DNA from: Burkholderiales bacterium
GTDB lineage: Bacteria > Pseudomonadota > Gammaproteobacteria > Burkholderiales > Burkholderiaceae_C
DNA length: 64,000 nucleotides
Direction: 5' to 3'
Assembly (NCBI GenBank): GCA_038225015.1
Contig: JBBRFB010000001.1
Coordinates: forward strand, 3,487-67,486
Positions 10,181-20,759 of the stretch are shown here, piece after piece (positions within the stretch are counted from its first letter, which is position 1; the number at the start of each line of letters is the position of its first letter). The notes below the pieces were generated by a model, which saw only the letters and a list, made by a program, of their open reading frames with translations, was not told the DNA's origin and did not search any database. Position numbers and translations under genes: made by a program.

Positions 10181-10789
10181 TCACCAACGCTCGCCGTCCC
10201 GTGTGTCCAGGAGCGGTCGCAGCCGGGCCGCTATTGCCTCGCGGGCCCGGAAGATCCGCGAGCGTACCGTGCCGATCGGGCAATTCATGACCTCCGCGAT
10301 CTCCTCGTAGGTGAGGCCTTCGACCTCCCGCAGCGTGATCGCCTGCCGCAACTCTTCGGACAAGGCTTCGATCGCAAAGTTCACCGCCGCCGCGATCTGT
10401 TTCGTCGCCAATATCCCTTCCGGCGTCTCGCCGGTCGTCAATTCATTGTCGGCCCGGGAAGGTTCCTCGTCGTCATCCCGGCCGGCGCGGGCGGATTCGG
10501 TGATCAGCGGATCGCGCTTGAGCTCCATCAGGGCCTTCTTCGCCGTGTTCACGGCGATCCGGTACAGCCAGGTGTAGAAGGCGCTGTCGCCGCGGAACTG
10601 GGGAATGGCGCGGTAGGCGCGGATGAAAGTCTCCTGGGCGATGTCGGGAACGAGATCGACGTCGCGGACCATCCGGCCGATCAGGCGCTCGATGCGCCGC
10701 TGGTACTTGACCACCAGCATCTCGAAGGCCTTCACGTCGCCCTGCTTGACGCGCTCGATCAGCGGAGCGTCGGCGTCGGGGGCGTTCAT
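10181..10789 (-). CDS. rpoE: ECF RNA polymerase sigma factor RpoE
   Basis: AFEMLVVKYQRRI, DIAQETFIRAYRA, FRGDSAFYTWLYRIAVNTAK, CPIGTVRSRIFRARE. Confidence 0.96.
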   Translation of the reverse strand: MNAPDADAPLIERVKQGDVKAFEMLVVKYQRRIERLIGRMVRDVDLVPDIAQETFIRAYRAIPQFRGDSAFYTWLYRIAVNTAKKALMELKRDPLITESARAGRDDDEEPSRADNELTTGETPEGILATKQIAAAVNFAIEALSEELRQAITLREVEGLTYEEIAEVMNCPIGTVRSRIFRAREAIAARLRPLLDTRDGERW

Positions 10790-11259
10790 GCAGGGGCGCG
10801 TGGATCGGTGGAGGCCGCCCCCGACGAGCCGACGGCACAGCGCAAGGCGTGCCATTCGCCCGAACTGCCCGAACGCTCGACCGGCAGCCAGCGCACTTGC
10901 GGCCGGCGACCGTCGCACGCGACGACGAAGCGCAGAAGCATGAAGGTGCCGAGGTCGACCGCCACGCTCAGCTCGCCGTCGACGCCGGTGGAGGGGCGGG
11001 TCGCCGGGCCCTCGAGGCGCCATCCGGCGCCGTCCCAGCGGAGCATTCCGGGTCGGACCCTGGCGAGCGAGGCCGCCGCCAAGACGATGGCGGCGCCGGC
11101 CAGGCCTGCCGCCAGCCGGATCGCGAGGCCATGCGCTTGGGGAGCGAGCAGCAGCCATGCCCCGAGCGAAGCCGCCGACGCTGCCGCCACGAGCGCGATC
11201 GACAGGCGCCATGCCGGAGCATGGCCGAGCCGGATGGCGCAGGGGGGACTGGCGCGCAT
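10786..11259 (-). CDS. Hypothetical membrane protein (possibly YgfX-like)
   Basis: Two hydrophobic segments, then LRWDGAGW...WLPVER...WHALRCAV. Stop overlaps the rpoE ATG (ATGA); starts just after the fabF stop. Confidence 0.6.
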   Translation of the reverse strand: MRASPPCAIRLGHAPAWRLSIALVAAASAASLGAWLLLAPQAHGLAIRLAAGLAGAAIVLAAASLARVRPGMLRWDGAGWRLEGPATRPSTGVDGELSVAVDLGTFMLLRFVVACDGRRPQVRWLPVERSGSSGEWHALRCAVGSSGAASTDPRAPA

Positions 11260-11274
11260 GACGAGCGCGCTTGC

Positions 11275-12519
11275 TCAGACGCGCTTGAAGACGAGCGTGC
11301 CGTTCGTGCCGCCGAAGCCGAAGTTGTTCTTCATGGCGTAATCGATACGCATCTCGCGCGCGGTGTTCGCGCAGTAGTCGAGATCGCACTCGGGGTCGGG
11401 GTGGTGCAGATTGATCGTCGGCGGCGAGACCTGATCCTTCAGCGCCATCACCGTGAAGACCGACTCGATGCCGCCGGCGCCGCCCAGGAGGTGGCCGGTC
11501 ATCGACTTGGTGGAACTGACCACCAGCTTCCCGGCGTGGTGGCCGAACGCGAGCTTGATGGCGTTGGTCTCGTTGACGTCACCGAGCGGCGTCGAGGTGC
11601 CATGGGCATTCAGGTACTGGACCTGCTCGGCGTTGATTCCGGCCGAGCGCAGCGCGGCGGTCATCGACCGCTTCGGCCCGTCGACGTTGGGCGCGGTCAT
11701 GTGGAAGGCGTCGGCGCCCATCCCGAAGCCGGCAAGCTCGGCATAGATCCGGGCGCCGCGACGGCGCGCGTGCTCGAACTCCTCGAGGACGAGGACGCCG
11801 GCGCCCTCGCCGAGGACGAAGCCGTCCCGTTCCTTGTCCCAGGGGCGCGAGGCGCCGGCGGGGTCGTCATTGCGCGTCGACAGCGCGCGGGCGGCGGCGA
11901 AGCCGCCGATCCCGAGGGGCGAGACGGTGGCCTCCGCGCCCCCGGCGACCATGACGTCGGCGTCGCCGTGCTCGATCAGCCGCCCGGCGATGCCGATCGA
12001 ATGCAGACCCGTGGTGCAGGCGGTGACGATGGCGAGGTTCGGTCCCTGGAAGCCGAACATGATCGACACGTGGCCCGAGATCATGTTGATGATTGACGCC
12101 GGAACGAAGAACGGCGTGATCCGGCGCGGCCCGCGCTTTTCGAACTCGCTGCGGGTTTCCTCGATCAACGGCAGGCCGCCGATGCCCGAGCCGATCAGGC
12201 AGCCGATTCGTTCGGCCTCCTCCTGGCTGAGCTCGTCCTTGGCGGGCAGGCCCGCGTCGCGAATCGCCTGGATCGATGCCGCGAGGCCGTAATGGATGAA
12301 GGCGTCCATGTGACGCGCTTCCTTGGCGGGAAAGTAGTCCTCGACCTGAAAGCCCTTCACCTCGCCAGCGAAGCGGCAGGCGAACGCCGTGGCGTCGAAA
12401 CGGGTGATGTCGGCGATGCCGGAACGGCCGGCCAGCAGGTTCTTCCAGCCTTCCTCGACGCTGTTGCCGACGGGGCTGATGAGCCCGAGGCCGGTGACGA
12501 CGACACGACGCTGGGTCAT
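11275..12519 (-). CDS. fabF: 3-oxoacyl-ACP synthase II
   Basis: [15 protein letters not shown] (catalytic Cys), [29 protein letters not shown]. Confidence 0.97.
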   Translation of the reverse strand: MTQRRVVVTGLGLISPVGNSVEEGWKNLLAGRSGIADITRFDATAFACRFAGEVKGFQVEDYFPAKEARHMDAFIHYGLAASIQAIRDAGLPAKDELSQEEAERIGCLIGSGIGGLPLIEETRSEFEKRGPRRITPFFVPASIINMISGHVSIMFGFQGPNLAIVTACTTGLHSIGIAGRLIEHGDADVMVAGGAEATVSPLGIGGFAAARALSTRNDDPAGASRPWDKERDGFVLGEGAGVLVLEEFEHARRRGARIYAELAGFGMGADAFHMTAPNVDGPKRSMTAALRSAGINAEQVQYLNAHGTSTPLGDVNETNAIKLAFGHHAGKLVVSSTKSMTGHLLGGAGGIESVFTVMALKDQVSPPTINLHHPDPECDLDYCANTAREMRIDYAMKNNFGFGGTNGTLVFKRV

Positions 12520-12564
12520 GCGGGGAGGGTCCGAGCGATCAAGGAAAGCCTTGCACGAGGCCGC

Positions 12565-12807
12565 TCAGGCAGCCTTCTGGTGCTTTTGCGCGTAGTCGAT
12601 CGCCAGCTGGACGGTGGTGATCTTCTCGGCCTCCTCGTCGGGAATCTCGATGCCGAACTCGTCCTCGAGCGCCATCACGAGTTCGACGGTATCGAGCGAG
12701 TCCGCGCCGAGGTCGGCGACGAACGCCTTTTCATTCGTGACGTCGGCCTCGGGAACGCCGAGCTGCTCGGCGATGATCTTCTTGACTCGTGCTTCTATGT
12801 CGCTCAT
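12565..12807 (-). CDS. acpP: Acyl carrier protein
   Basis: [20 protein letters not shown]. Strong GGAGGAG RBS at 12810-12816. Confidence 0.98.
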   Translation of the reverse strand: MSDIEARVKKIIAEQLGVPEADVTNEKAFVADLGADSLDTVELVMALEDEFGIEIPDEEAEKITTVQLAIDYAQKHQKAA

Positions 12808-12934
12808 GACTCCTCCAGGAGTGTGTGAAAAAGTGAACGCGGATTCTACGGCTTGACGTCTGACAGCCCCATGGCGCGGGCAGGGTCGGCGCTGCCCCGG
12901 CCAAGGGGTCGATCCACCCTGTGGAGAAAGACGG

Positions 12935-13675
12935 TCAGGGCATCAGCATGCCGCCGTTGACGTGCATCTCGATGCCGGTGATGTAGCCCGCCTCGTCGGA
13001 ACACAGAAAGGCCACCGCGTGGGCGATATCGGCGGCCTGGCCAAGCCGCCCGAGCGGGATCTGTCCCAGCAGGGCCGCCTTCTGGGACTCGGAGAGCGCC
13101 GCCGTCATGTCGGTCTCGATGAACCCCGGGGCAACGCAGTTGACGGTGATGCCGCGGCTCGCCACCTCGCGGGCCAGCGATTTCGTCATCCCGGCGACGC
13201 CGGCCTTGGCCGCCGCATAGTTGGCCTGGCCGGCGTTGCCGCTTGCCCCGACCACCGAGGTGATGTTGACGATGCGGCCATGGCGCTGCTTCATCATCGG
13301 CCGGATCGCGGCGCGGCAGGCGCCGAAGACGGCGGTCAGGTTGGTCGCCAGGACGGCGCTCCAGTCGTCGTCCTTCATCCGCATCGACAGCATGTCGCGG
13401 GTGATCCCGGCGTTGTTGACGAGGACGTGCAGGCCCCCCGAGTCACGCACGATCGCGTCGATGGCGGCGCCGACGGCGGCGCCATCGGTCACGTCGAGCA
13501 CCAGGCCCCGGCTGCCCGGCGAGCCGGCCAGTGCCTCGCCGATGGCGGCGGCGCCGGCCGCGGTGGTGGCGGTGCCGACGACGGCGAAGCCTTTCCCCGC
13601 CAGCTCGAGGGCGATCGCCCGGCCGATGCCGCGCGAGGCACCGGTGACGAGGGCGACCGGTCCGGCAACGCTCAT
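12935..13675 (-). CDS. fabG: 3-oxoacyl-ACP reductase
   Basis: [46 protein letters not shown] overlaps the fabD stop. Confidence 0.96.
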   Translation of the reverse strand: MSVAGPVALVTGASRGIGRAIALELAGKGFAVVGTATTAAGAAAIGEALAGSPGSRGLVLDVTDGAAVGAAIDAIVRDSGGLHVLVNNAGITRDMLSMRMKDDDWSAVLATNLTAVFGACRAAIRPMMKQRHGRIVNITSVVGASGNAGQANYAAAKAGVAGMTKSLAREVASRGITVNCVAPGFIETDMTAALSESQKAALLGQIPLGRLGQAADIAHAVAFLCSDEAGYITGIEMHVNGGMLMP

Positions 13676-14610
13676 TGGAGCAGCGCCCGGGCTTCGGCCA
13701 GCGACGCCGGATCGAAGACCGCCGCCGATACGGCGCCCGGCTCGATCCGCTTGACCATGCCGGCCAGGACCTTGCCCGGGCCGCACTCGAAGATGCGCGC
13801 GACGCCGCGGGCATGGATCGCCCGGACGGTCTCGGCCCAGCGCACCGGGCCGAACGCCTGGCGGTAGAGGGCGTCGCGGATCAGCGCCGGCTCGGTCTCG
13901 CTCTTGACGTCGATGTTGTCGATGACCGGGATGAAGGGGGCGTCGATGGCCGTCGTCGCCAGCCGCTCGCGCAGCCGTTCGGCCGCCGGCTTCATCAGGG
14001 CCGAGTGGAAGGGCGCCGAGACAGCGAGGAGCAGCGCCCGCTTGGCGCCGGCCGCCTTCAGGACTTCGCAGGCCTTCTCGACGCCGGCCTTGGTGCCGGC
14101 GATCACGGTCTGCTTCGGATCGTTGAAGTTGGCAGCCTGGACGATCTCGCCGGTCTCGACCGCGACGCGAGAGCAGCCGGCACGAACCGTCTCGGCGTCG
14201 AGCCCGAGGATCGCCGCCATCGCGCCGACGCCGACCGGCACGGCTTCCTGCATCGCCCGGGCCCGAAAGCGGACCAGCGGCAGGGCATCGGCCAACGCCA
14301 GCGAGCCGGCTGCGACCAGTGCCGTGTACTCGCCGAGAGAATGACCGGCGAGAACGGTCGGCGCCGTCCGGGTCTCGTGAAGCCAGGCCCGATAGCAGGC
14401 GATGCCCGCCGTCAGCATAACCGGCTGCGTGTTCTCGGTCAGGTCGAGGCGGTCCTTCGGCCCTTCGCGGATCAGCCGGCCGACGTCTTCGCCGAGCGCC
14501 GTCGAGGCCTCGTCGAGCGTGTCGCGAACGGCCGGGTGATCGCCCCAGGCGTCGAGCATGCCCACGGACTGCGAGCCCTGGCCGGGAAAGACGAAGGCGA
14601 ACGTCTTCAT
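13672..14610 (-). CDS. fabD: Malonyl-CoA:ACP transacylase
   Basis: FVFPGQGSQ, GHSLGEY, VSAPFHSALM, ECGPGKVL. Confidence 0.97.
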   Translation of the reverse strand: MKTFAFVFPGQGSQSVGMLDAWGDHPAVRDTLDEASTALGEDVGRLIREGPKDRLDLTENTQPVMLTAGIACYRAWLHETRTAPTVLAGHSLGEYTALVAAGSLALADALPLVRFRARAMQEAVPVGVGAMAAILGLDAETVRAGCSRVAVETGEIVQAANFNDPKQTVIAGTKAGVEKACEVLKAAGAKRALLLAVSAPFHSALMKPAAERLRERLATTAIDAPFIPVIDNIDVKSETEPALIRDALYRQAFGPVRWAETVRAIHARGVARIFECGPGKVLAGMVKRIEPGAVSAAVFDPASLAEARALLQ

Positions 14611-14630
14611 GTCGGTTCGTCGCGCGAAGG

Positions 14631-15620
14631 TCAGAAGTCAAGCAGGGCGGCGCCCCACGTGAAGCCGCCGCCAACGCCTTCGAGCATCACCGTGTCGCCG
14701 CGCTGGATGGTGCCAGCGCGCACTGCGTCGTCGAGCGCGAGCGGGATCGACGCCGCCGAGGTATTGCCGTGCCGGTCGACCGTGGCGATGAGCTTGCCGG
14801 GCGGCAGCTTCAGCTTCTTCGCCGTGCTCTGCATGATGCGGATGTTGGCCTGGTGCGGAACGAGCCAGTCGATGTCGGCCTCGGTGCGACCGGCCTTGGC
14901 CAGCACCGACCGGGCGACACTGTCGAGCACGCCAACGGCCAGCTTGAACACCGCCGGGCCATCCATCTTCAGCAGCGGGTCGCCGAGCACGTGCCCGCCG
15001 GCCACGGTGCCCGGCACGCAGAGGATGCCCACGTGGCGCCCGTCGGCGTGCAGCTCGGTGGCGAGGATGCCCGGCTCCGCGCTCGCCTCGAGGACGACGG
15101 CTCCAGCACCATCGCCGAAGAGAACACAGGTGGTTCGGTCTTTGAAGTCGAGGATGCGCGAGAAGACCTCGGCGCCGATGATCAGCGCCTTCGTGGCGCT
15201 GCCGGTCCTGATCATGGCGTCGGCGACGGTGAGCGCGTAGATGAATCCGGAGCACACCGCCTGCACGTCGAAGGCGGCGCAGCCATGGATGCCGAGCTTT
15301 TCCTGCACCAAGCAGGCCGCCGACGGGAAAACCATGTCGGGCGTCGAGGTGGCGACGATGATGAGGTCGATTGTCTTCGGGTCGCAGTCGGCCGCCTCGA
15401 GCGCGCGCCGCGCCGCCTCGGCACCGAGGTCGCTGGAGGTGACGGTCGGCGCCGCGAAATGACGAAAGCGTATGCCGGTGCGCTCGACGATCCACTCGTC
15501 CGACGTCTCGATGCCGTCGGCGCCGAGGCGGGCGGCCAGCGCGGAGTTGCTGACCCGGTCGGGCGGCAGGAAGCTGCCGGTTCCGGTGATACGAGCGTAG
15601 GGGGCGGCGGAAGGCATCAT
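14631..15620 (-). CDS. fabH: 3-oxoacyl-ACP synthase III
   Basis: [36 protein letters not shown]. Confidence 0.97.
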   Translation of the reverse strand: MMPSAAPYARITGTGSFLPPDRVSNSALAARLGADGIETSDEWIVERTGIRFRHFAAPTVTSSDLGAEAARRALEAADCDPKTIDLIIVATSTPDMVFPSAACLVQEKLGIHGCAAFDVQAVCSGFIYALTVADAMIRTGSATKALIIGAEVFSRILDFKDRTTCVLFGDGAGAVVLEASAEPGILATELHADGRHVGILCVPGTVAGGHVLGDPLLKMDGPAVFKLAVGVLDSVARSVLAKAGRTEADIDWLVPHQANIRIMQSTAKKLKLPPGKLIATVDRHGNTSAASIPLALDDAVRAGTIQRGDTVMLEGVGGGFTWGAALLDF

Positions 15621-16714
15621 GCAGATTGAACGGCGGCAATGACGGCGCCGCCATCGCCCTCGCCCGCCACCGGCAGCGCCGCCAAAGTCACGCGGATCCG
15701 GTGCCGGACCCGGTCGAGCAGGCCATTGCGGGCCGCATCATAGGCGCGGTTGAGTGCCTGCTCGAATGCGAACGCGTCGGCCGAACCGTGGCTCTTGAAG
15801 ACAAGGCCGCGCAGGCCGAGCAGCGCGGCGCCGTTGTAGCGGCGCGGGTCGACGCGACGCTTGAAGCGGCGCAACACCGGCAGCGCCGCCAGCGCCGCCA
15901 GCTTGCTGAGCGCGTTGCGCTCGAATTCCTGACGCAACAGGTCGGTCAGCATCGCCGCCGCGCCCTCGGCGGTCTTCAGGGCGACGTTGCCGACGAAGCC
16001 GTCGCAGACGACGATGTCGGTCGTGCCGCGGAAGATGTCGTTGCCCTCGACGTTGCCATGGAAGTTGACGAGGCCGGCGGCAGCAGCGGCGCGCAGCAGC
16101 TCGGCGGCCTGCTTGATCATCTCGCCGCCCTTGATCGTCTCTTCGCCGATGTTGAGCAGGCCGACCGTCGGCTCTTGCGTGCCCTCGACGGCAGCGACGA
16201 GCGCACTGCCCATGACCGCGAACTGCAGCAGGTGCTCGGCGCTGCAGTCGACGTTGGCGCCGAGGTCGAGCACGGTGGTGTAGGTGCCTCTTTCGTTCGG
16301 GAGCACGGACGCGATCGCCGGCCGGTCGATGCCATCGATCGTCTTCAGCACGTAGCGCGACACCGCCATCAGCGCGCCGGTGTTGCCTGCGGACACGCAA
16401 GCCTGGGCGAGGGAGGGCCGATCGTCGTGCGGCTTGACCTGGCTCACCGCGACCCGCATCGACGAGTCCTTCTTCCGCCTGAGCGCCACCTCGACCGAGT
16501 CGCCCATCTCGACCACTTCGCTCGCCGCGATGCGGCTGCAACGCCGCCAGCCGGCGGCGGCCGCGAGCGACTCCGCGCGGCCGACCAGCACCAGCTCGAC
16601 ATCGGGATGCGCGTCGAGGAACCGGCGGCATGCCGGCAGCGTGACGGGGGGGCCGTGGTCGCCGCCCATGCAGTCGACGGCCAGGCGGATCGGGGAGGCG
16701 GAAGCTGCCGCCAT
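15617..16714 (-). CDS. plsX: Phosphate acyltransferase PlsX
   Basis: [54 protein letters not shown]. Start uncertain. Confidence 0.95.
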   Translation of the reverse strand: MAAASASPIRLAVDCMGGDHGPPVTLPACRRFLDAHPDVELVLVGRAESLAAAAGWRRCSRIAASEVVEMGDSVEVALRRKKDSSMRVAVSQVKPHDDRPSLAQACVSAGNTGALMAVSRYVLKTIDGIDRPAIASVLPNERGTYTTVLDLGANVDCSAEHLLQFAVMGSALVAAVEGTQEPTVGLLNIGEETIKGGEMIKQAAELLRAAAAAGLVNFHGNVEGNDIFRGTTDIVVCDGFVGNVALKTAEGAAAMLTDLLRQEFERNALSKLAALAALPVLRRFKRRVDPRRYNGAALLGLRGLVFKSHGSADAFAFEQALNRAYDAARNGLLDRVRHRIRVTLAALPVAGEGDGGAVIAAVQSA

Positions 16715-16769
16715 GGGTGAGTGCGTGATCGGCGAAGCCCTTTCGGCGGCCGGTGTCACGCCGGCTGGG

Positions 16770-16952
16770 TCAGGCGTCGGCCTTGGTCTTCAGGACCTTG
16801 CGGCCACGATAGAAGCCGGTCGGGCTCAGGTGATGCCGAAGGTGGGTCTCCCCGGTCGTCGGCTCGATCGCGATGCCGGGCTTGACGAGAGCGTTGTGGG
16901 CGCGATGCATGCCGCGTTTGGACGGTGACTTCTTGTTCTGTTGAACGGCCAT
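16770..16952 (-). CDS. rpmF: 50S ribosomal protein L32
   Basis: [17 protein letters not shown]...[26 protein letters not shown]. Confidence 0.97.
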   Translation of the reverse strand: MAVQQNKKSPSKRGMHRAHNALVKPGIAIEPTTGETHLRHHLSPTGFYRGRKVLKTKADA

Positions 16953-17032
16953 GGGGCTCTCCTGGACCGCGCACGGCGCGGGTGCAACGGCCCGGCCAGG
17001 CAACGGCCAGGCGGGGCGCGGAAAAGGCGGCC

Positions 17033-17041
17033 ATTGTAGCA
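17033..17041 (-). promoter_or_regulatory. Putative extended -10 promoter for rpmF-plsX-fab operon
   Basis: Minus strand TG-C-TACAAT about 80 nt upstream of rpmF. Confidence 0.45.
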
Positions 17042-17084
17042 GCGGCGCCTCGCCCGGCCCGACGAACCGGCGGCTGCACGGGCT

Positions 17085-17639
17085 TCAGTTCGGCGGCGCG
17101 CCGCGCTTGAGGGCAGCGAGCACGGCGAACGGGTTCAGCGCGCTGGCCACGGCGTCGTCGTCCGGGTCGCGCAGCCGAGGCGGGTCCGGGCAGACGTCGT
17201 GGCGCGGCACCAGCGGGAGGGCAAGAAGCAACTCGTCCTCGACCAACGCATGCACGTCCAGGACCGGGGCCAGGGCCAGGACGTCGTCGTCGCTCTCGGC
17301 GTCGAGGGCGGCCGCGGCGTCCTCGCCTTCGACGAAACCGATCCGCCGGTCAGCCCGGACCGCGAGCGGCAACGGCTGCAGGCAGCGCTGGCATTGAAGG
17401 ACGAGGTCGGCGCCGGCCTCGATTCGAAGCTGGGGCTGGACACCGGCACCGGCGATGGCCGCCATTCTTCCCGTCACCCGCCAGGCCACGACCGGATCGG
17501 GGGCCGCGTCGCTTTCCGCCGGCGAGGCGGGCAGGCGGGTAAAGCCGGCCGTCGGCCACTCGCCGGACCGCTCGCCGCTCGCGGCGGCGAAGGCGGCGAC
17601 GTCGAGATGGCGCAGATCCGGGTCGGGGCGGGCTGCCAT
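17085..17639 (-). CDS. yceD: YceD/DUF177 family protein
   Basis: CQRCL motif, LVEDELLLALPLVPRH, NPFAVLAALK. Conserved position upstream of rpmF. Confidence 0.88.
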   Translation of the reverse strand: MAARPDPDLRHLDVAAFAAASGERSGEWPTAGFTRLPASPAESDAAPDPVVAWRVTGRMAAIAGAGVQPQLRIEAGADLVLQCQRCLQPLPLAVRADRRIGFVEGEDAAAALDAESDDDVLALAPVLDVHALVEDELLLALPLVPRHDVCPDPPRLRDPDDDAVASALNPFAVLAALKRGAPPN

Positions 17640-17723
17640 CTTGGCAGTCTAGGGCCTGCGCCGTCGCCAAGTCCGCGCGCGAACCCGGCGGGCGACCCGG
17701 GACGGGGTGTGAGAATGGGCCGC

Positions 17724-18329
17724 ATGGGTATCGGCCGCCGGCTCATCCTCGCCTCGACCTCCTCCTACCGGCGCGAGCTGCTCGGCCGACTGCGCCTGCC
17801 GTTCGAGGTGCGGTCGCCCGGCGTCGACGAGAACCCGCTGGCCGGCGAGGCGCCGCGGGCCTTGGCCCTGCGCCTGGCCCTCGCCAAGGCGGAGGCCGTC
17901 GCCGGTGCCGAGCCCGACGCGGTGATCATCGGGGCCGACCAGGTCGCCGAGCTCGACGGCCGTGCCCTCGGCAAGCCGGGAACGCACGAGCGGGCGACCG
18001 AGCAGCTGCGCGCGATGCGCGGCCGCAGCGTCGTCTTCCACACCGCCGTCGCCGTGGTCTGCAGGGCCCGCGACCTGAGGCTCGTCGAGCTGGTGCCGGT
18101 GACCGTGCGCCTCAGGCGGGCCAGCGACGCCGAGATCGAGCACTACCTGCGCGCCGAGCAGCCGTACGACTGCGCCGGCAGCGCCAAGGTCGAGACGCTC
18201 GGGATCGCGCTGCTCGATGGCGTCGATTCCGACGACCCCACCGCCCTCGTCGGCCTGCCGCTGATCCGCACCTGCGCGATGCTGCGCCGTGCCGGCATCG
18301 AGCCCCTGGCGAGCCCGTCGACGCCGTGA
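17724..18329 (+). CDS. maf: Maf-family nucleotide pyrophosphatase (YceF-like)
   Basis: LILASTSSYRRELL, IIGADQVA, LGKPG, EQPYDCAGSAKVE, LVGLPL. Divergent from yceD. Confidence 0.92.
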   Translation: MGIGRRLILASTSSYRRELLGRLRLPFEVRSPGVDENPLAGEAPRALALRLALAKAEAVAGAEPDAVIIGADQVAELDGRALGKPGTHERATEQLRAMRGRSVVFHTAVAVVCRARDLRLVELVPVTVRLRRASDAEIEHYLRAEQPYDCAGSAKVETLGIALLDGVDSDDPTALVGLPLIRTCAMLRRAGIEPLASPSTP

Positions 18330-19096
18330 GCCCGCGGCCCGGCACGCTCTTCCTGGTCCCGAACACGCTCGACTTCGGCGTCGCCGACGCGTCGGCCGAC
18401 CTCGACGAGCTTTTGCCCCGCTCGGCGATCCGCATCGCCGCCCGGCTCGACCACTGGCTCTGCGAGAACGCGAAGACGACGCGGGCCTTCCTGAAGCGAG
18501 TCGATGCCGTCGTCGCCCTGGCCCAGCCGCTGCAGACGCTGACGATCGTCGAGCTGCCGCGCCCGGCCAAGGGCCGCGCGCCCGATCGGCCGGCGCCGGT
18601 CGATGCCCTGCTGGCGCCGGCGCTGGCCGGCTTCGATATGGGGCTGCTGTCGGAAGCGGGACTGCCGGCGGTCGCCGATCCGGGCGCGGCCGTCGTCGCC
18701 GCGGCGCATGCGGCGAAGGTGCCGGTCGTCGTCTTGCCCGGCGCCAGCTCCATCGTGCTGGCGCTAGCCGCGAGCGGGCTCGAGGGTCAGAGCTTCGCGT
18801 TCGTCGGCTACGTGCCCGTGGCCGCCGATGCACGGGCGGCCCGCCTGCGCGAGCTCGAGGCGATATCGCGCCGGCATCGCCAGACACAATTGATGATCGA
18901 GACGCCCTATCGAAACGCTGCGCTGCTCGACGCCTTGCTGGCCCACCTGCAGCCCGCGACGCGGCTGTCGGTCAGCGTCGGCCTGACGGTGGCGGCCGGC
19001 TTCACCCGCACCGACAGCGTCGCCGGCTGGCGCCGCGCCGCCACCGCGCTGCCGGCCGACCTGCCGGCCATGTTCGCGATCCTGGGATCGGGCTGA
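18326..19096 (+). CDS. Tetrapyrrole-methylase-family SAM methyltransferase (RsmI-like)
   Basis: GTLFLVPNTL, ENAKTTRAFL, GLLSEAGLPAVADPG, LPGASSIVLALAASGL, IETPYRN. Confidence 0.88.
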   Translation: MSPRPGTLFLVPNTLDFGVADASADLDELLPRSAIRIAARLDHWLCENAKTTRAFLKRVDAVVALAQPLQTLTIVELPRPAKGRAPDRPAPVDALLAPALAGFDMGLLSEAGLPAVADPGAAVVAAAHAAKVPVVVLPGASSIVLALAASGLEGQSFAFVGYVPVAADARAARLRELEAISRRHRQTQLMIETPYRNAALLDALLAHLQPATRLSVSVGLTVAAGFTRTDSVAGWRRAATALPADLPAMFAILGSG

Positions 19097-19140
19097 GCCG
19101 CGGCGCCCGCGGTCGGTTCGACGCGCCCGAACGCGCGGCG

Positions 19141-20661
19141 TCAGTTCGCCGCCGGCTCGGCGACCTTGACCCCGAACAGGGCCGCGACCTTCTTCTTCGG
19201 CTTGATGTTCGGCGAGACCCCGCGCCCCGCCGGCGCCTCGCGTTTTTCCCACGCCGGCTGCTCGGCCACCGCACTGGCCTCGTACGGCCGGTCGAAGAAC
19301 GGATCGCCGGATGGGCGCGGCGACTCGCGCGGAGGACGCGGCGAAGAGCGCGGCTCGGACGCAGATGCGGACTCGGGCACGTCGTCGCGACGGACTCGCT
19401 CCCGATACGGCGGCCGGGCCGGGCGGTCATCGAGCTCGAGCGGCTCCAGGTCGATCTTCTTCTTGATCAGTTTCTCGATGTCGGCGACCAGGCGGGCGTC
19501 ATCGCGCGAGACCAGGGTGACGGCCAGCCCGGAAGCACCGGCGCGCCCGGTGCGGCCGATCCGGTGGATGTAGTCCTCGGCGTTGTAGGGCACATCGAAG
19601 TTGAAGACCGCCGGCAGGTCGACGATGTCGAGGCCGCGTGCGGCGACGTCGGTCGCGACGAGGACGTCGACACTGCCGCCCTTGAAGGCTTCGAGCGCCT
19701 TCAGCCGCTCGTCCTGCGACTTGTCGCCGTGCAGCGCGTTGGTGCGCAGGCCGTCGCGTTCGAACGAGCGCGCCAGCCGGGCGCAGCCCAGCTTCGAGTT
19801 GACGAAGATAAGTGCCTGCGTGATCGAGCGCTCCTTCAGCACCTTCAGCACGGCAGCCCGCTTGTCGTCGGTGGCGACGCTGTAGAAGATCTGCTCGACG
19901 TTGGTCGCGGTCGCGTTCGGGCGAGCCACCTCGACCATCAGCGGATCCTGCAGATAGCTCTCGGCGAGGCGGCGGATCTCGGGCGAGAAGGTCGCCGAAA
20001 AGAGCAGCGTCTGCCGCTGCTTCGGCAGGTAGGAGAGGATGCGCTGCAGGTCGGGCAGGAAGCCGATATCGAGCATGCGGTCGGCTTCGTCGAGGACGAC
20101 GTACTCGACCTTGTTCAGGACGCAGTTCTTCGCCTCGATATGGTCGAGCAGACGCCCGGGCGTCGCCACCAGCACCTCGACACCCTGCTTCAGCTCGAGC
20201 GTCTGCGGCTTCATGTCGATGCCGCCGAAGACGACGGCGCAGCGCAGCTTCGAGTGCGCCGCGTAGCCCTTGATGTTGTCTGCCACCTGGTCGGCGAGCT
20301 CGCGCGTCGGCGCGATCACGAGGGCGCGCACCGGGTGGCGCGCCGGCGACATGCTCGAGTTCTCGTGCGGCAGCATCTTGTGCAGCAGCGGCAGCGAGAA
20401 CGCCGCCGTCTTGCCGGTGCCGGTCTGCGCCGCACCCATGATGTCGCGCCCGGCGAGGACGAGCGGGATCGCCTTGGCCTGGATCGGCGTCATCGTGGTG
20501 TAGCCCTGGTCGGCCACGGCGCGCTGGAGCAGCGGCGACAGGCCGACCGCGGAGAACTGGAGCGAGGAGGCGACCGTCTCGGCAGCGAGCTCGGGTGAGA
20601 TGGGTGTCTCTGAGCCCGTCACGGCGGGCAGCGCGGATTCCGCGCCTAGGGGTGAAGTCAT
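19141..20661 (-). CDS. DEAD-box ATP-dependent RNA helicase (RhlE-like)
   Basis: TPIQ, AQTGTGKT, PTRELA, DEAD, SAT, ARGLD, HRIGRTGRAG. Confidence 0.95.
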   Translation of the reverse strand: MTSPLGAESALPAVTGSETPISPELAAETVASSLQFSAVGLSPLLQRAVADQGYTTMTPIQAKAIPLVLAGRDIMGAAQTGTGKTAAFSLPLLHKMLPHENSSMSPARHPVRALVIAPTRELADQVADNIKGYAAHSKLRCAVVFGGIDMKPQTLELKQGVEVLVATPGRLLDHIEAKNCVLNKVEYVVLDEADRMLDIGFLPDLQRILSYLPKQRQTLLFSATFSPEIRRLAESYLQDPLMVEVARPNATATNVEQIFYSVATDDKRAAVLKVLKERSITQALIFVNSKLGCARLARSFERDGLRTNALHGDKSQDERLKALEAFKGGSVDVLVATDVAARGLDIVDLPAVFNFDVPYNAEDYIHRIGRTGRAGASGLAVTLVSRDDARLVADIEKLIKKKIDLEPLELDDRPARPPYRERVRRDDVPESASASEPRSSPRPPRESPRPSGDPFFDRPYEASAVAEQPAWEKREAPAGRGVSPNIKPKKKVAALFGVKVAEPAAN

Positions 20662-20759
20662 GCTGCAATTATCGCGCCTGTCGCCCCCGAAGGACGTCGG
20701 CAGGGAAATCCGCCCGCTAGAATCGCCCGCCCTGACGGTCGACGCGGCACGCCCCACCC

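Noticed and set aside
12935-14674. Apparent N-terminal fusions in the ORF track (fabG 579 aa, rpoE 402 aa, neuB 486 aa, 708-aa methyltransferase)
   Set aside because: Extensions are out-of-frame overlaps with the upstream gene; internal starts coupled to the upstream stop explain them.
176-20598. Long antisense or alternate-frame ORFs (e.g. 176-1336, 6649-8496, 8006-9595, 18289-20598)
   Set aside because: Shadow ORFs expected in high-GC DNA. They overlap well-supported genes and have no recognisable motifs. The same applies to similar ORFs in the rest of the window.
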